From the NCBI GenBank assembly GCA_965228965.1, contig OZ245849.1:1280350-1344349 (forward strand): a stretch of DNA of 64,000 nt, written 5' to 3'. The translations under genes and the position numbers were made by a program. The DNA comes from Bythopirellula sp. Its GTDB lineage: Bacteria; Planctomycetota; Planctomycetia; Pirellulales; Lacipirellulaceae. Shown piece after piece: positions 42,504 through 52,088 of this stretch (positions within the stretch are counted from its first letter, which is position 1; each line of letters starts with the position of its first letter). The notes below the pieces were generated by a model. That model was not told where the DNA came from, ran no database searches, and saw nothing but the letters and a program-made list of their open reading frames with translations.

Positions 42504-43862
42504 ATGCCTCACCGACGAGTCGCGCCTGGTCCGCCCTTTCGCTGGCTCGATATGCAGACCGTCCGCGAGTTCGCCGGCAACCCGCTCGAGTTTGTCGATC
42601 GCATGGTGCGCGAGTACGGACCGGTGGTGCGTCTACGGCTCGGCATTCAGCCGGCGTTACTGGTGGCGGAGCCTAACTTGGTTCATGAAATCCTTGTCAC
42701 CAAGCATCACTCGTTCGCCAAAGAGCCGCGTGCCAAACGGATCATTCGCAATATGGCCGGAGCTGGCACGATCGCTAGCGAGGGAGACATCTGGTTCCGC
42801 CATCGGCGGATCATCCAGAAGGGCTTCGCGCCCGAGCGGATGGAAAACTACGCCGCAGTGATTGTCGAGCACGCGAGCCGTCGACTTGCGAACTGGGAGG
42901 ACGGCACCACGATCGACGTTACCAGCGAGATGGCGGAGATGTCGTTGGAAATCGTTGCCAAATCGATGCTCGGTCTGGAACTTACGGGTCGTGCCGCCTC
43001 GGTCCATCAGCACGCGAACACCTTATCTCAGGCAGCGCTGGAAGAATTCGCTGCAATCTTACCATTGCCCGACTGGTTGCCCATCCCAAGCAAGCGGCGC
43101 AAGCGTGCATCGTTTCGAGCACTAGAAGAACTCATCCAGTCGGTAATCGATGAGCGACGCCAGAGCCAAGCCGATCACGGCGACATGCTTTCGATTCTCC
43201 TGTCCGCGACGGACGAGTCTCCAGACGGCCAGCAGCTGACGGATCGACAAGCAATCGACGAGACACTAACCCTCTTGCATGCAGGGTATGATAGCACGGC
43301 TGCGGCGCTGGCGTGGACATGGTATCTGCTGGCTCGGCATCCGCATTGGGCGGCTGCGGCACGGACCGAGGTCGATCAAGTCTTGGGCGCCCGCTCGGCC
43401 ACGCTCAGCGACTTGGACGCCCTCCAGATCTGTCAACAGATGGTGAAAGAAACGCTGCGGCTCTACCCGCCAGCGTGGATGATGATGGTCCGGCACGCCG
43501 TTGAGAACGTGACGATCGGCGACTTCGATGTGCCGCGCGGCACATGGATCTATCTCTCGCCGTGGGCGACCCATCGAAGTGAGCGTTACTTTCCCGCGCC
43601 ACTCACGTTCGACCCCGATAGGTTTTCCGCCGCGCGGATCACCGAAATACCCGAGCACGCCTACTTCCCGTTCGGACTTGGTCCGCATCGCTGCGTGGGC
43701 GAACGGTTCGCCATGGTCGAAATGGTCCTCACGCTGGCGACCGTATCGCAACAGTGCCAACTGCGGCTCGTCGACGAGAACCAACAAGTCGACGTCGAAG
43801 TGCACACGGCAATCCGTCCGAAAGGTCGGTTGCCTCTGCGAATCGAGAGGCACCGAAAGTAA
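42504..43862 (+). CDS. Cytochrome P450
   Basis: 452-aa ORF. Contains heme loop FPFGLGPHRCVGERFA, ETLRLYPP (ExxR) and AGYDSTA (I-helix). Confidence 0.9.
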   Translation: MPHRRVAPGPPFRWLDMQTVREFAGNPLEFVDRMVREYGPVVRLRLGIQPALLVAEPNLVHEILVTKHHSFAKEPRAKRIIRNMAGAGTIASEGDIWFRHRRIIQKGFAPERMENYAAVIVEHASRRLANWEDGTTIDVTSEMAEMSLEIVAKSMLGLELTGRAASVHQHANTLSQAALEEFAAILPLPDWLPIPSKRRKRASFRALEELIQSVIDERRQSQADHGDMLSILLSATDESPDGQQLTDRQAIDETLTLLHAGYDSTAAALAWTWYLLARHPHWAAAARTEVDQVLGARSATLSDLDALQICQQMVKETLRLYPPAWMMMVRHAVENVTIGDFDVPRGTWIYLSPWATHRSERYFPAPLTFDPDRFSAARITEIPEHAYFPFGLGPHRCVGERFAMVEMVLTLATVSQQCQLRLVDENQQVDVEVHTAIRPKGRLPLRIERHRK

Positions 43863-43928
43863 AACACCCGCCGCAAGAACGACTTGCGACGGGCGGTGCG
43901 TCGAAAAAAAGCCAGGATGATAGATTGC

Positions 43929-44564
43929 TCAAGATCGACGACTGATAACCATCACGCTGACCCAACCGATACTGAGCAGCAGAATCGTTGTCGGCTCTGG
44001 CACTACCGTTCGGACCGTAAGGTTTAGAGTCGCTGGGATCGCTGCTCCCGAGGCATCGAAGACATTCGCACCCGCACTCAAATCTCCAGAAGCTGCAATC
44101 AGAGCGGGTATGTCCCCTGGGTTGAATGTACCAGTAGCAAGCTCAACGCCACCGGTGAACGAACCAAGATCAGGACTTCCAGCGAGCGGGGCAATACCGA
44201 CGGGATCTACATAGCTAGAGGGAAAAGAACTGCCGGGCACGCCAACGCCCATCACAGGTGCTACCAAATCGCTTCCATTGACGATTTCGATGACGGTGCC
44301 CACCGTTTGGAAGAGGTTGACGCTAAACACACTGTCAGAAACCAGAAAATCCCCGGCGAAGTTCGCGTCGTCCAGGAGCATACTGATGCCAGCAAGACCG
44401 GATTCGTCCGCTGTTGCCACCGCCAACCAGTTGCCACCAGAGTTAAGGTCGCCCAGCGTATCAAACTCCAAATTCAAGCTCAAATCAACTGTCTGAGCGG
44501 CAGTAAAGCCGCCCACACACAACGCGCAAATCAATGCGCCAACACACGAGATGGATCTAATCAT
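43929..44564 (-). CDS. PEP-CTERM sorting-domain protein
   Basis: 211-aa ORF with a signal peptide. C-terminus VPEPTTILLLSIGWVSVMVISRRS (PEP motif + TM + basic tail). Confidence 0.8.
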   Translation of the reverse strand: MIRSISCVGALICALCVGGFTAAQTVDLSLNLEFDTLGDLNSGGNWLAVATADESGLAGISMLLDDANFAGDFLVSDSVFSVNLFQTVGTVIEIVNGSDLVAPVMGVGVPGSSFPSSYVDPVGIAPLAGSPDLGSFTGGVELATGTFNPGDIPALIAASGDLSAGANVFDASGAAIPATLNLTVRTVVPEPTTILLLSIGWVSVMVISRRS

Positions 44565-44859
44565 TAGAACAACTCCAAAAAATATAAAGAAATGAAATAC
44601 CCCAGATATCGGCCCGACAAATCGAGTTTTGTCACGCGGAAACCAAAATAATTTTAGCTGATCTTCCTCAGGCTAATGCTGCAGCAGTGGGAAGTCAAAG
44701 CAAATAATCCAAGTGTGCGACTGGGCGAATCCGCCCACCTGCAAATCGTCCAACAGCCAACAAAAAGCCTCATGGACAAAACCGCAAAGCAGCAGCCTGA
44801 GCCCCTCACCCGCGCGAGAGAAACTCCGTCATAGAATGCACCTTCGCTAGGAATTCGCT

Positions 44860-46020
44860 CTAAGTGCAACGCTCAAAGACAGTTGCGATCCCTTGGCCGA
44901 TGCCGATGCACATCGTGGCCAGGCCAAGTTTGGCGTCACTCGCCAGCATGGCGTGAATCAGCGTGGTGGAGATGCGCGCTCCACTGGCACCCAACGGATG
45001 CCCAATCGCAATCGCGCCGCCGCGTACATTCACCTTTTCTTCATCAAATCTTAGCATTTGGATGCAGGCCAGCGCCTGCGAGGCAAATGCCTCGTTAAGT
45101 TCGATCAAGTCAATTTCGCCCAATTGCACGCCGGCACGCTGGAGGGCTTTCTTAGTGGCCGGCACGGGCCCGGTGCCCATTACCGACGGGTCGACGCCAG
45201 CGACCGCCGTCGCGCGGATTTTCACCAGCGGCTGGAGCCCCAAGTCCTTGGCCTTTTGCTCGCTCATCACCAGCAGCGCAGCAGCGCCGTCGTTCAGCGG
45301 CGAACTGTTTCCTGCCGTGACGGTTCCCATACCAGGCATGAACGCTGGCTTCAGTGCTGCGAGTGACTCAAGGGTGCTGTCTGGTCGTATGCATTGGTCC
45401 GAAGTAACCAGCATTCGCTCACCCGCTTCGTTGCGTCCGCAAACAGGAATGATCTCGTCTTTGAAATCGTCTGCTGCGGTTGCGGTCGCGGCTTTTTGAT
45501 GGCTGGCCAATGCGAAGTTATCTTGTGCTTCGCGGCTGATCCCTTGCGACTGCGCGAGGAACTCGGCCGTGAATCCCATATGCAGCGCCCCCTTGCTGGT
45601 GACGTGGAACAGCTTGGGATTGAAGTCGACTCCGGTGTCCATTGGGATGTGCTGCATGTGTTCCAAGCCACCGACGATTTGCACATCCTCGCCCCCCGCT
45701 GCGATCGAATGGCTGGCCTGATTGAGCGCTTGCAAGCTGCTGCCACACAGACGGTTGATCGTCGCTCCGCCGGCGCTGCTAGGTAGTCCGGCCATCAGCG
45801 AAACGATCCGCGCGACGTTGAATCCCTGCTCTTTGTACTGCTGGGTATTGCCGAGCACGACATCTTCGATTTCTGTTGGGTCGATACCGGTGCGTTCAAT
45901 CAAGCCTTTCACGACTGCCACCGCCAGATCGTCGGAGCGCACATCGCGAAAGACGCCTTTGTCTGGATGCGACCGTCCGATCGGCGTCCGGCAACAATCA
46001 ACAACGACAGCAGATTTCAT
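44860..46020 (-). CDS. fadA: Acetyl-CoA C-acyltransferase (3-ketoacyl-CoA thiolase)
   Basis: 386-aa ORF. Contains INRLCGSSLQA (active-site Cys), NEAFASQ and a GLATMCIGIGQG tail. Lies directly downstream of fadB. Confidence 0.9.
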   Translation of the reverse strand: MKSAVVVDCCRTPIGRSHPDKGVFRDVRSDDLAVAVVKGLIERTGIDPTEIEDVVLGNTQQYKEQGFNVARIVSLMAGLPSSAGGATINRLCGSSLQALNQASHSIAAGGEDVQIVGGLEHMQHIPMDTGVDFNPKLFHVTSKGALHMGFTAEFLAQSQGISREAQDNFALASHQKAATATAADDFKDEIIPVCGRNEAGERMLVTSDQCIRPDSTLESLAALKPAFMPGMGTVTAGNSSPLNDGAAALLVMSEQKAKDLGLQPLVKIRATAVAGVDPSVMGTGPVPATKKALQRAGVQLGEIDLIELNEAFASQALACIQMLRFDEEKVNVRGGAIAIGHPLGASGARISTTLIHAMLASDAKLGLATMCIGIGQGIATVFERCT

Positions 46021-46059
46021 GGGTGTTTTCCTTTGCTCGGCACAGTTTTGTGATCGTGC

Positions 46060-48207
46060 CTACTCGTAGAATTTCTTATCCGACTTCGCCCGTTCCAGCA
46101 GCATGTCGGTCGGCAGATAGCGCTTGCCGAGTTCGGCATACGGTTTTAGTTTCTCGACAATCGCCGCTGTTCCCACGGCGTCAGCCCAGCAGAATATGCC
46201 TCCACGGAAGGGCGGAAAACCGATGCCATAGATCAACCCTAAATCAACGTCGCGCACGTCCGTGACGATACCATCTTCAATCAGGCGAGTTGCTTCCAGC
46301 AGCATTGGCAGAAACAATCGATCGCCCACGTCAATGTCCGCTCGCGGCTCGCTGACCGCCGACTGGATGATCTGTTGAGCCGCTTCGCTGGGCTGCGGTT
46401 TAAGTCGACCTTTGCCGTCGGATTTGTAATCGAAAAAGCCTTTGCCGTTTTTCTTGCCCAGTCGTTCGGCCGCGACCATCGCAGGCAGAATCTGCGACGG
46501 CTCGACGCGATCTGGAAACGCCGCTTGCATGACTCCACCAGCGTGAACTGCGACATCGAGCCCCACCGTATCGTACAAAGTGATCGGCCCCATCGGCATT
46601 CCAAACCTGGTCGCGGCGCGATCGATCTCCTTGATCGATGCACCAGTCTCCAGCAGCAACAGCGCTTCGTTCATGTAAGGTAGCAACACGCGATTGACCA
46701 GAAATCCCGGGCCATCACGCATCACAATGGGAGATTTCTTGATCTTCTTTGCGTAGGCGACCGCCGTGGCGATGGTATCTTCACTGGTCTGTTCGCCGCG
46801 GATTACCTCCACCAACGGCATACTTCGTACAGGATTAAAGAAGTGCAGACCGCAGAATCGGTCGGGACGCTTCAAACTCTTGGCCAACTCGGTGATGGGA
46901 ATGGTCGACGTGTTCGAACAAAGGGTCGTCTGCTCGCCCAGCTGCGGTTCCAGCCGAGCATACAGGTCGCGCTTCGCGTCAGCATTCTCGAAGATCGCTT
47001 CGATAACGATGTCGGCGGCTGCAACTTCGGAATCGCTCAGCGTGCCGTTCACCAGCGGCGCGAAATCTAGCGCGCGTTGAACGTCTGGCGCGCGAGTCTT
47101 CCTGTTGAAACTAACCTCGCTGAGGGTTCCCTGCACGCCGCGCTCAACCGACTCAGCCGAGACGTCACTGAGTGCGACGGGGATTTTTCGCTTCACGTTA
47201 GCGGCAGCAATCCCTTGGCCCATGATTCCGGCACCGATGACCGATGCCGAGCTGATTTTCAGCGGTGTAATGTCCTTGTTGCCCGACGCGGGCAGGTAGG
47301 GTTTCTTGTTGCGATCGGTCAGGAAGAACACATTGAGCAGCGCGCGATTGATCGTCGAGCCGAACAACTTGACGAACTCCGATGCTTCTAATTGGCAGGC
47401 TGACTGCTCGTCGAGCCCAGCGCCACCGAGCATCACTTCTAGCGCGGCCAACGGAGCGGGATAGTGCCCCTTCGTTTGGCCCTGGATGTAAGCGCTGGCG
47501 GTCGCGCCCAAAAAGCCCAGTTCGGTCTCACTCATGGTGATCGGCCCCGACCACTGCTGACGGTCGGAGAGGTACCCGTTCGATTCTTGCTCAGCTCGGA
47601 TCATCGCGATCGCCGCGTCCAGCAGCATCTCGGGAGCGGCAACCTCGGCCAGTCCCATCGCCAGTGCTGCTTCGGCGTCGATCGGTTCGCCGCCGGTGAC
47701 CAGTTCCACGGCGTTGCTGAGTCCCACGATTCGCGGCGTGCGGACGGTGCCTCCCCAGCCAGGAAACAGGCCAAGCTTGACTTCGGGAAACGCGAAACTG
47801 GTCGCCTCGTTGCGGGCCATGACGCGGCGATCGCACCAGATCGCCAATTCCGCACCGCCGCCGACGCACAGGCCATCGATCGCCGCGACAGTGACGTACG
47901 AGCACTTCGACAGGCGTCCAAACAGCTGCTGTCCCCGCTCGACGATCTGTAGGACGGCCTCGGCGGGTTGGTCAATGTCGGCGGCAAACTCGCGAAGGTC
48001 GGCGCCGGCGATGAAGTTTCCAGACTTCGTCGAGCGAACCACCAACCCGGCGAGACCGCCTCGCCCGTCAAGCGTGTCCAGATGCTGCTCAAACTCCTCG
48101 AGCACCGAACGCGACAGCACGTTGGCTCCCTTGTTGGGATCGTTGATCGACAAGACGGCAATGTCGTCTTCGGGAAACTCCAGAGACAAAATCGAGTGAG
48201 GAGCCAT
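46060..48207 (-). CDS. fadB: Fatty-acid oxidation complex alpha subunit (enoyl-CoA hydratase / 3-hydroxyacyl-CoA dehydrogenase)
   Basis: 715-aa ORF. N-terminal crotonase fold (FIAGADLREF, GGGAELAIWCD) and a central NAD-binding region (VIGAGIMGQGIA). Confidence 0.9.
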   Translation of the reverse strand: MAPHSILSLEFPEDDIAVLSINDPNKGANVLSRSVLEEFEQHLDTLDGRGGLAGLVVRSTKSGNFIAGADLREFAADIDQPAEAVLQIVERGQQLFGRLSKCSYVTVAAIDGLCVGGGAELAIWCDRRVMARNEATSFAFPEVKLGLFPGWGGTVRTPRIVGLSNAVELVTGGEPIDAEAALAMGLAEVAAPEMLLDAAIAMIRAEQESNGYLSDRQQWSGPITMSETELGFLGATASAYIQGQTKGHYPAPLAALEVMLGGAGLDEQSACQLEASEFVKLFGSTINRALLNVFFLTDRNKKPYLPASGNKDITPLKISSASVIGAGIMGQGIAAANVKRKIPVALSDVSAESVERGVQGTLSEVSFNRKTRAPDVQRALDFAPLVNGTLSDSEVAAADIVIEAIFENADAKRDLYARLEPQLGEQTTLCSNTSTIPITELAKSLKRPDRFCGLHFFNPVRSMPLVEVIRGEQTSEDTIATAVAYAKKIKKSPIVMRDGPGFLVNRVLLPYMNEALLLLETGASIKEIDRAATRFGMPMGPITLYDTVGLDVAVHAGGVMQAAFPDRVEPSQILPAMVAAERLGKKNGKGFFDYKSDGKGRLKPQPSEAAQQIIQSAVSEPRADIDVGDRLFLPMLLEATRLIEDGIVTDVRDVDLGLIYGIGFPPFRGGIFCWADAVGTAAIVEKLKPYAELGKRYLPTDMLLERAKSDKKFYE

Positions 48208-48259
48208 CGCGGTCTACTTTGCGGGTCAGAATTGAGGCTAGCTGAAAACAAGGCCGGCG

Positions 48260-48841
48260 ATGCGGAGGGGTAGACCCGCATTGGGAACCGCCAGTAAGTT
48301 GCATTCTATGGAACCCAGGCAATCCAGCACAGGCGGAACTGACGAATCAGCCGACAACGGCGGCACTTGGCTGTTTCCGCTGCTGCTGACCGTGATCCTG
48401 ATCGTGGTGGTCGGAGTCGCCAAGCTGTCGTCGCTACCGCAGGAACGGGCTACTCGCCAGCCTACCGGCGACACCGACTGGACACCTTCAATACAGCCTA
48501 CCGGCGACACCGTTCGCCTCACGATCGACTTCGGCAACGGCGCTCGCAAAGTATTCGACGCGCTGCCCTGGCAGCCTGGAACAACCGTTTCGGACGTCAT
48601 GGAATCCGCTCGCGAATTCCGCCCAGGGATCGAGTTCACTCAGGAAGGCAGCGGCGCCAGTGGTTTTCTGACTTCGCTGGATGGGCTGGCGAACGAAGGT
48701 GCCAGCGGCCGAAATTGGATCTATCGGGTCGACCAACAGCATGCCCATCAAAGCTTCTGCCTGGAGAAGGTCGAGCCTGGGCGGCACGTCTTGTGGTTGT
48801 TCACCGACCAGTTGTACAATGAGGATTCGGCGGAGGAGTGA
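48260..48841 (+). CDS. DUF4430-like (transcobalamin-like small-molecule-binding) protein with N-terminal TM anchor
   Basis: Contains TVRLTIDFGNG...GASGFLTSLDGLANEGASGRNWIYRVDQQHAHQSFCLEKVEPGRHVLWLF, which matches the G-F-[VL]-x-x-[IL]-x-G ... W-x-Y-x-V-[ND] ... V-x-W pattern I recall for DUF4430. The true start may be the ATG at 48308. Confidence 0.55.
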   Translation: MRRGRPALGTASKLHSMEPRQSSTGGTDESADNGGTWLFPLLLTVILIVVVGVAKLSSLPQERATRQPTGDTDWTPSIQPTGDTVRLTIDFGNGARKVFDALPWQPGTTVSDVMESAREFRPGIEFTQEGSGASGFLTSLDGLANEGASGRNWIYRVDQQHAHQSFCLEKVEPGRHVLWLFTDQLYNEDSAEE

Positions 48842-48911
48842 GATTCTCTCACTACTCCGTTGGGTTGCGGTTACTGCTTTCCTTCACTTGCACCTAGAGC
48901 GTGGATAAATC

Positions 48912-49460
48912 GTGAATCGAGACAACTTGCGCGAATTGAGTGTGTTCATGCTGTTGCTGGCCATCGGCGTGGTCGGTCGGTGGTATGAACTGGCGTGGAA
49001 CTTCACCCCGCTGGCTGCCGTGACGGTCGTCGGAGGCTATTACTTTCGCCAGTTGCTGCCAGCGTTGCTGCTGCCGATTGGTGTTTTGACCGTATCGAAT
49101 CTGATTCTGCCTGTGTACCCGCACTGGCAGGTGCAGTTCGCCGTGTACGTAATGATGCTCTTGCCGCTGCTGTTGGGTCGCGCGGCTCGTGGGGCGCAAG
49201 GTCGACAACAACTAAAGCACTTCGCAATCTGCGGATTCGTCCCCGCGACGGCTTTCTACGTCGTTACGAATTTGGCGGTTTGGGCGTTCACGCCGTACTA
49301 CACCAAGTCACTGGCCGGCCTCGCGCAATGCTACGTCGCGGGCCTGCCATTTTATCGCTGGATGCTAGCGGGCGATTTGTTCTTTCTTGGCATCTTCGTG
49401 GGATGCCTAGCCATTGCGCGATCGCTGGCACGGCAGTCGTCCGCGAAGCGAGCGTTCTAG
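48912..49460 (+). CDS. Polytopic membrane protein, possibly DUF6580-type putative transporter component
   Basis: 182-aa ORF with a GTG start and 5-6 hydrophobic segments. Contains WNFTPLAAVTVVGGYYF near the N-terminus. The family assignment is from memory only. Confidence 0.45.
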   Translation: MNRDNLRELSVFMLLLAIGVVGRWYELAWNFTPLAAVTVVGGYYFRQLLPALLLPIGVLTVSNLILPVYPHWQVQFAVYVMMLLPLLLGRAARGAQGRQQLKHFAICGFVPATAFYVVTNLAVWAFTPYYTKSLAGLAQCYVAGLPFYRWMLAGDLFFLGIFVGCLAIARSLARQSSAKRAF

Positions 49461-49480
49461 AGCAAGCAACCGATTTCCGC

Positions 49481-50818
49481 TCATTCGTCCGAGAATTCGA
49501 TGTCGTCGGCCGCTGGTACTGCGGCAGCCGGTTGCCAAGAGGCAACGAGATTATCGATGGAGTCTTCCAGCGCGAGCACGTTGCGACTCAGGTCGATGTC
49601 GGATGCCTTGCTATCCTTCGATTCCTTGATGACTGGTCCGAGTAGCCCGGTCAGGCTGGCCAGCTTCTGCTTGTCTGGCTCGGCTAGACCGCCACTGAGC
49701 GATTTGGCACCTTGTTCGATTTGAATCAACCGCGATAACAGCTGCCGACGTTCGAGCTTCGGTCCCGTATCTGCATTTCTACCCGTTGGGAAGGAAGTCG
49801 GACGGCGAGCCATCGAGGTGTTACCCAGAATGAGTTCCTGATACTCCCGCGCAACTTCTGCTCCTTCGTCGACGACCGCCTTGGTCAGGTTGCCCAGCGG
49901 CACGACCGCGTCGCTCGCTTCGGTGCCAGCCGCGTAGGCGATTTTCTCGAGCAACCCCGAGACGAGACAGCGGTCGTCCAAGCTCAGCTCGTCGCTAGCA
50001 ATCAAGGCGGTCAGCGCATCCTGAACTTCTTTGGTCGGGCCGTCCTTGAACTGACGAGCGAGCACTCGGGCCGCTTGACACTTCATCCAGTTGTTCACCT
50101 CGGTGTCGATCTCCAGCGCCTTCGCATCTTGATTCAACACACCGAGCGCCGCCTGCGTCACACGCTGGGCATACTGAGCATCCATGCCAGCCTGAACATG
50201 ACGCTCCAGTCCTTGCAAGGCACCGACTTTGACCGACGGATGTACCGTCACGCCGTTGAATTCCTCCGCCTCAAGCAACTCCAACAGTTCATTAGTCCCA
50301 GCGGATAAGACGACCGGTGGCGACGCGTCACCACCCGAGCCGGGGTACTTCTGATCGAGCAGTCCCAGGATGAGCGAGGCGTTGTAACGTACTGCCGGGT
50401 GATAATTGTCGCGGGCGATCTTGCTCGCGATCGTACGGGTGAGCTCCGTGAGATGTTGCTGCGCTTGAGGTTGTCTCGCGCTGCGCAGCTTCTTGATCAA
50501 ATCAGCACGGAGCTTGCCCAGGATCATCATCGACTGAGAATCGTACTTGGTCATGCTCGGAAAAAAGAACTGCTTGTAGTAGTCGTCCAGGGATTTCTTG
50601 GCATCGGCCGCAAACTGCCCCCCTCCAAGAGCCCGACTAGCTTTCGCTCGCAACGCCCGCGAAGCCTTCGCATCAATCTGCGGCTCAATCGATTTGTACT
50701 TCTGAGCACTCGCCAGTTCGGGAAGTGCCGCCACAGCGAGCACTGCAACGAGTGCCACACGGAGGAAACCGTGAGTGGCGACACCGGACATCACACGTCG
50801 AGTTTGCGTTGCGAACAT
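49481..50818 (-). CDS. Hypothetical secreted protein (helical-repeat-like)
   Basis: 445-aa ORF with signal peptide ..VAVLAVAALPELASA. Internal tandem duplication KASRALRAKASRALG. Acidic C-terminus. Confidence 0.6.
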   Translation of the reverse strand: MFATQTRRVMSGVATHGFLRVALVAVLAVAALPELASAQKYKSIEPQIDAKASRALRAKASRALGGGQFAADAKKSLDDYYKQFFFPSMTKYDSQSMMILGKLRADLIKKLRSARQPQAQQHLTELTRTIASKIARDNYHPAVRYNASLILGLLDQKYPGSGGDASPPVVLSAGTNELLELLEAEEFNGVTVHPSVKVGALQGLERHVQAGMDAQYAQRVTQAALGVLNQDAKALEIDTEVNNWMKCQAARVLARQFKDGPTKEVQDALTALIASDELSLDDRCLVSGLLEKIAYAAGTEASDAVVPLGNLTKAVVDEGAEVAREYQELILGNTSMARRPTSFPTGRNADTGPKLERRQLLSRLIQIEQGAKSLSGGLAEPDKQKLASLTGLLGPVIKESKDSKASDIDLSRNVLALEDSIDNLVASWQPAAAVPAADDIEFSDE

Positions 50819-51117
50819 AGCCTCTGTTCCTTTTGCGAGTTCGGGTTCCGTTGCCTACGTGGGCGCGGCAGGGTGTTGCCAGTTCTAACCCATCACTGCC
50901 ATGCCACCGGCCAAATTGATTCCGCGCGCCGCTGCCAAGCACGCGGCGAAGACGAGCCACAAACGCCCCCTAGCAGCGTTTGATCGGCATTTTGTTCTAC
51001 TTTTAGCCTACTCACGGCCCTCTTTGGGTGTCAAGCTAACTACGATTCTCCGGCCATCGGCGAGATCCTGGCAACGAACTGACCGGTCGTGAAGCCGCTG
51101 AACCGCGCACTTGAACC

Positions 51118-52044
51118 ATGCTGCTCTACTACGACCCACGCTTCCTCGACCACGACACGGGCCCGCATCCTGAGTGCCCTCAGCGGCTTCGCGAGGTGAT
51201 CGGACACCTCGATGCCGAGCAGTCGGCCCGCGATGCCCAGCGACCCGTCTGGCAGCCTGCGACCGACGAGCAACTGACCCGGGTGCACGCCGAGATGGTC
51301 ATTCGCTTTCTGCAAGACCTGGCCGACTCGGGCGGTGGCCACGCCGACCCCGACACGGTCGTGTCGCCGGTGTCGGTCGACGTCGCGCGGCTGGCTGCCG
51401 GGGCCCTGTGCGATGCGGTTGGGCGGGTCCTTGCTGGCGAAGACCAACGCGCGCTATGCCTGGTCCGACCGCCGGGGCATCATGCCCTCGCCGACCGCGT
51501 GATGGGCTTCTGCCTGTTCAACAACGTTGCCGTCGCGGCCGAGGCCGCACTCGCCAGCGGAGTGGAGCGGGTGCTAATCATCGATTGGGACGTCCATCAT
51601 GGCAACGGCACACAAGCCATCTTCTACGACGATCCCCGCGTGGGATTCTTCTCGGTGCACCGTTGGCCGTTTTACCCCGGCACCGGTGATTCGGATGAAA
51701 CCGGCAGCGGCGACGGACTGGGCACCACTTGCAACTTGCCGGTGAAGTTCGGCACCTCGCGGGACGCTTATCGCTCGCTCGTGCTGCGCGAATTGGAGGA
51801 CTTCGCCGCCCACATCAAACCGCAGCTGGTGCTGGTCAGCGCGGGCTTCGACAGCCATCGCGAAGACCCGATCGGTTCGCTGGGCCTCGAGACCGAGGAC
51901 TTTGTCTGGCTCACACAGGCGACCACACAGATTGCCGACAGCTACGCAGACGGTCGATTGGTCAGCACATTAGAGGGTGGTTACAACCCGCCAATCCTGG
52001 CAGAATGTGTGGCAGCTCACCTGAAGCACTTACGAATCAACTGA
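51118..52044 (+). CDS. Histone deacetylase-family (arginase-fold) deacetylase
   Basis: 308-aa ORF. Contains VRPPGHHA, IIDWDVHHGNGTQ and EGGY. Confidence 0.9.
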   Translation: MLLYYDPRFLDHDTGPHPECPQRLREVIGHLDAEQSARDAQRPVWQPATDEQLTRVHAEMVIRFLQDLADSGGGHADPDTVVSPVSVDVARLAAGALCDAVGRVLAGEDQRALCLVRPPGHHALADRVMGFCLFNNVAVAAEAALASGVERVLIIDWDVHHGNGTQAIFYDDPRVGFFSVHRWPFYPGTGDSDETGSGDGLGTTCNLPVKFGTSRDAYRSLVLRELEDFAAHIKPQLVLVSAGFDSHREDPIGSLGLETEDFVWLTQATTQIADSYADGRLVSTLEGGYNPPILAECVAAHLKHLRIN

Positions 52045-52088
52045 ATCTCCGCGTGGCGGTTTCGCCTAACTCACTGAAAGGGCACAAC

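Noticed and set aside
47591-48322. ORFs 47601..48281 (-), 47696..48199 (+) and 48089..48322 (-) at the 5' end of fadB
   Set aside because: Off-frame or antisense shadows. The fadB frame gives a canonical crotonase N-terminus starting at 48207.
51729-52088. N-terminal 120 aa of the listed 601-aa ORF 51729..53534
   Set aside because: It overlaps the HDAC-family gene in another frame and has Arg/Gly-rich composition. An internal ATG at 52089 yields a proper signal peptide.
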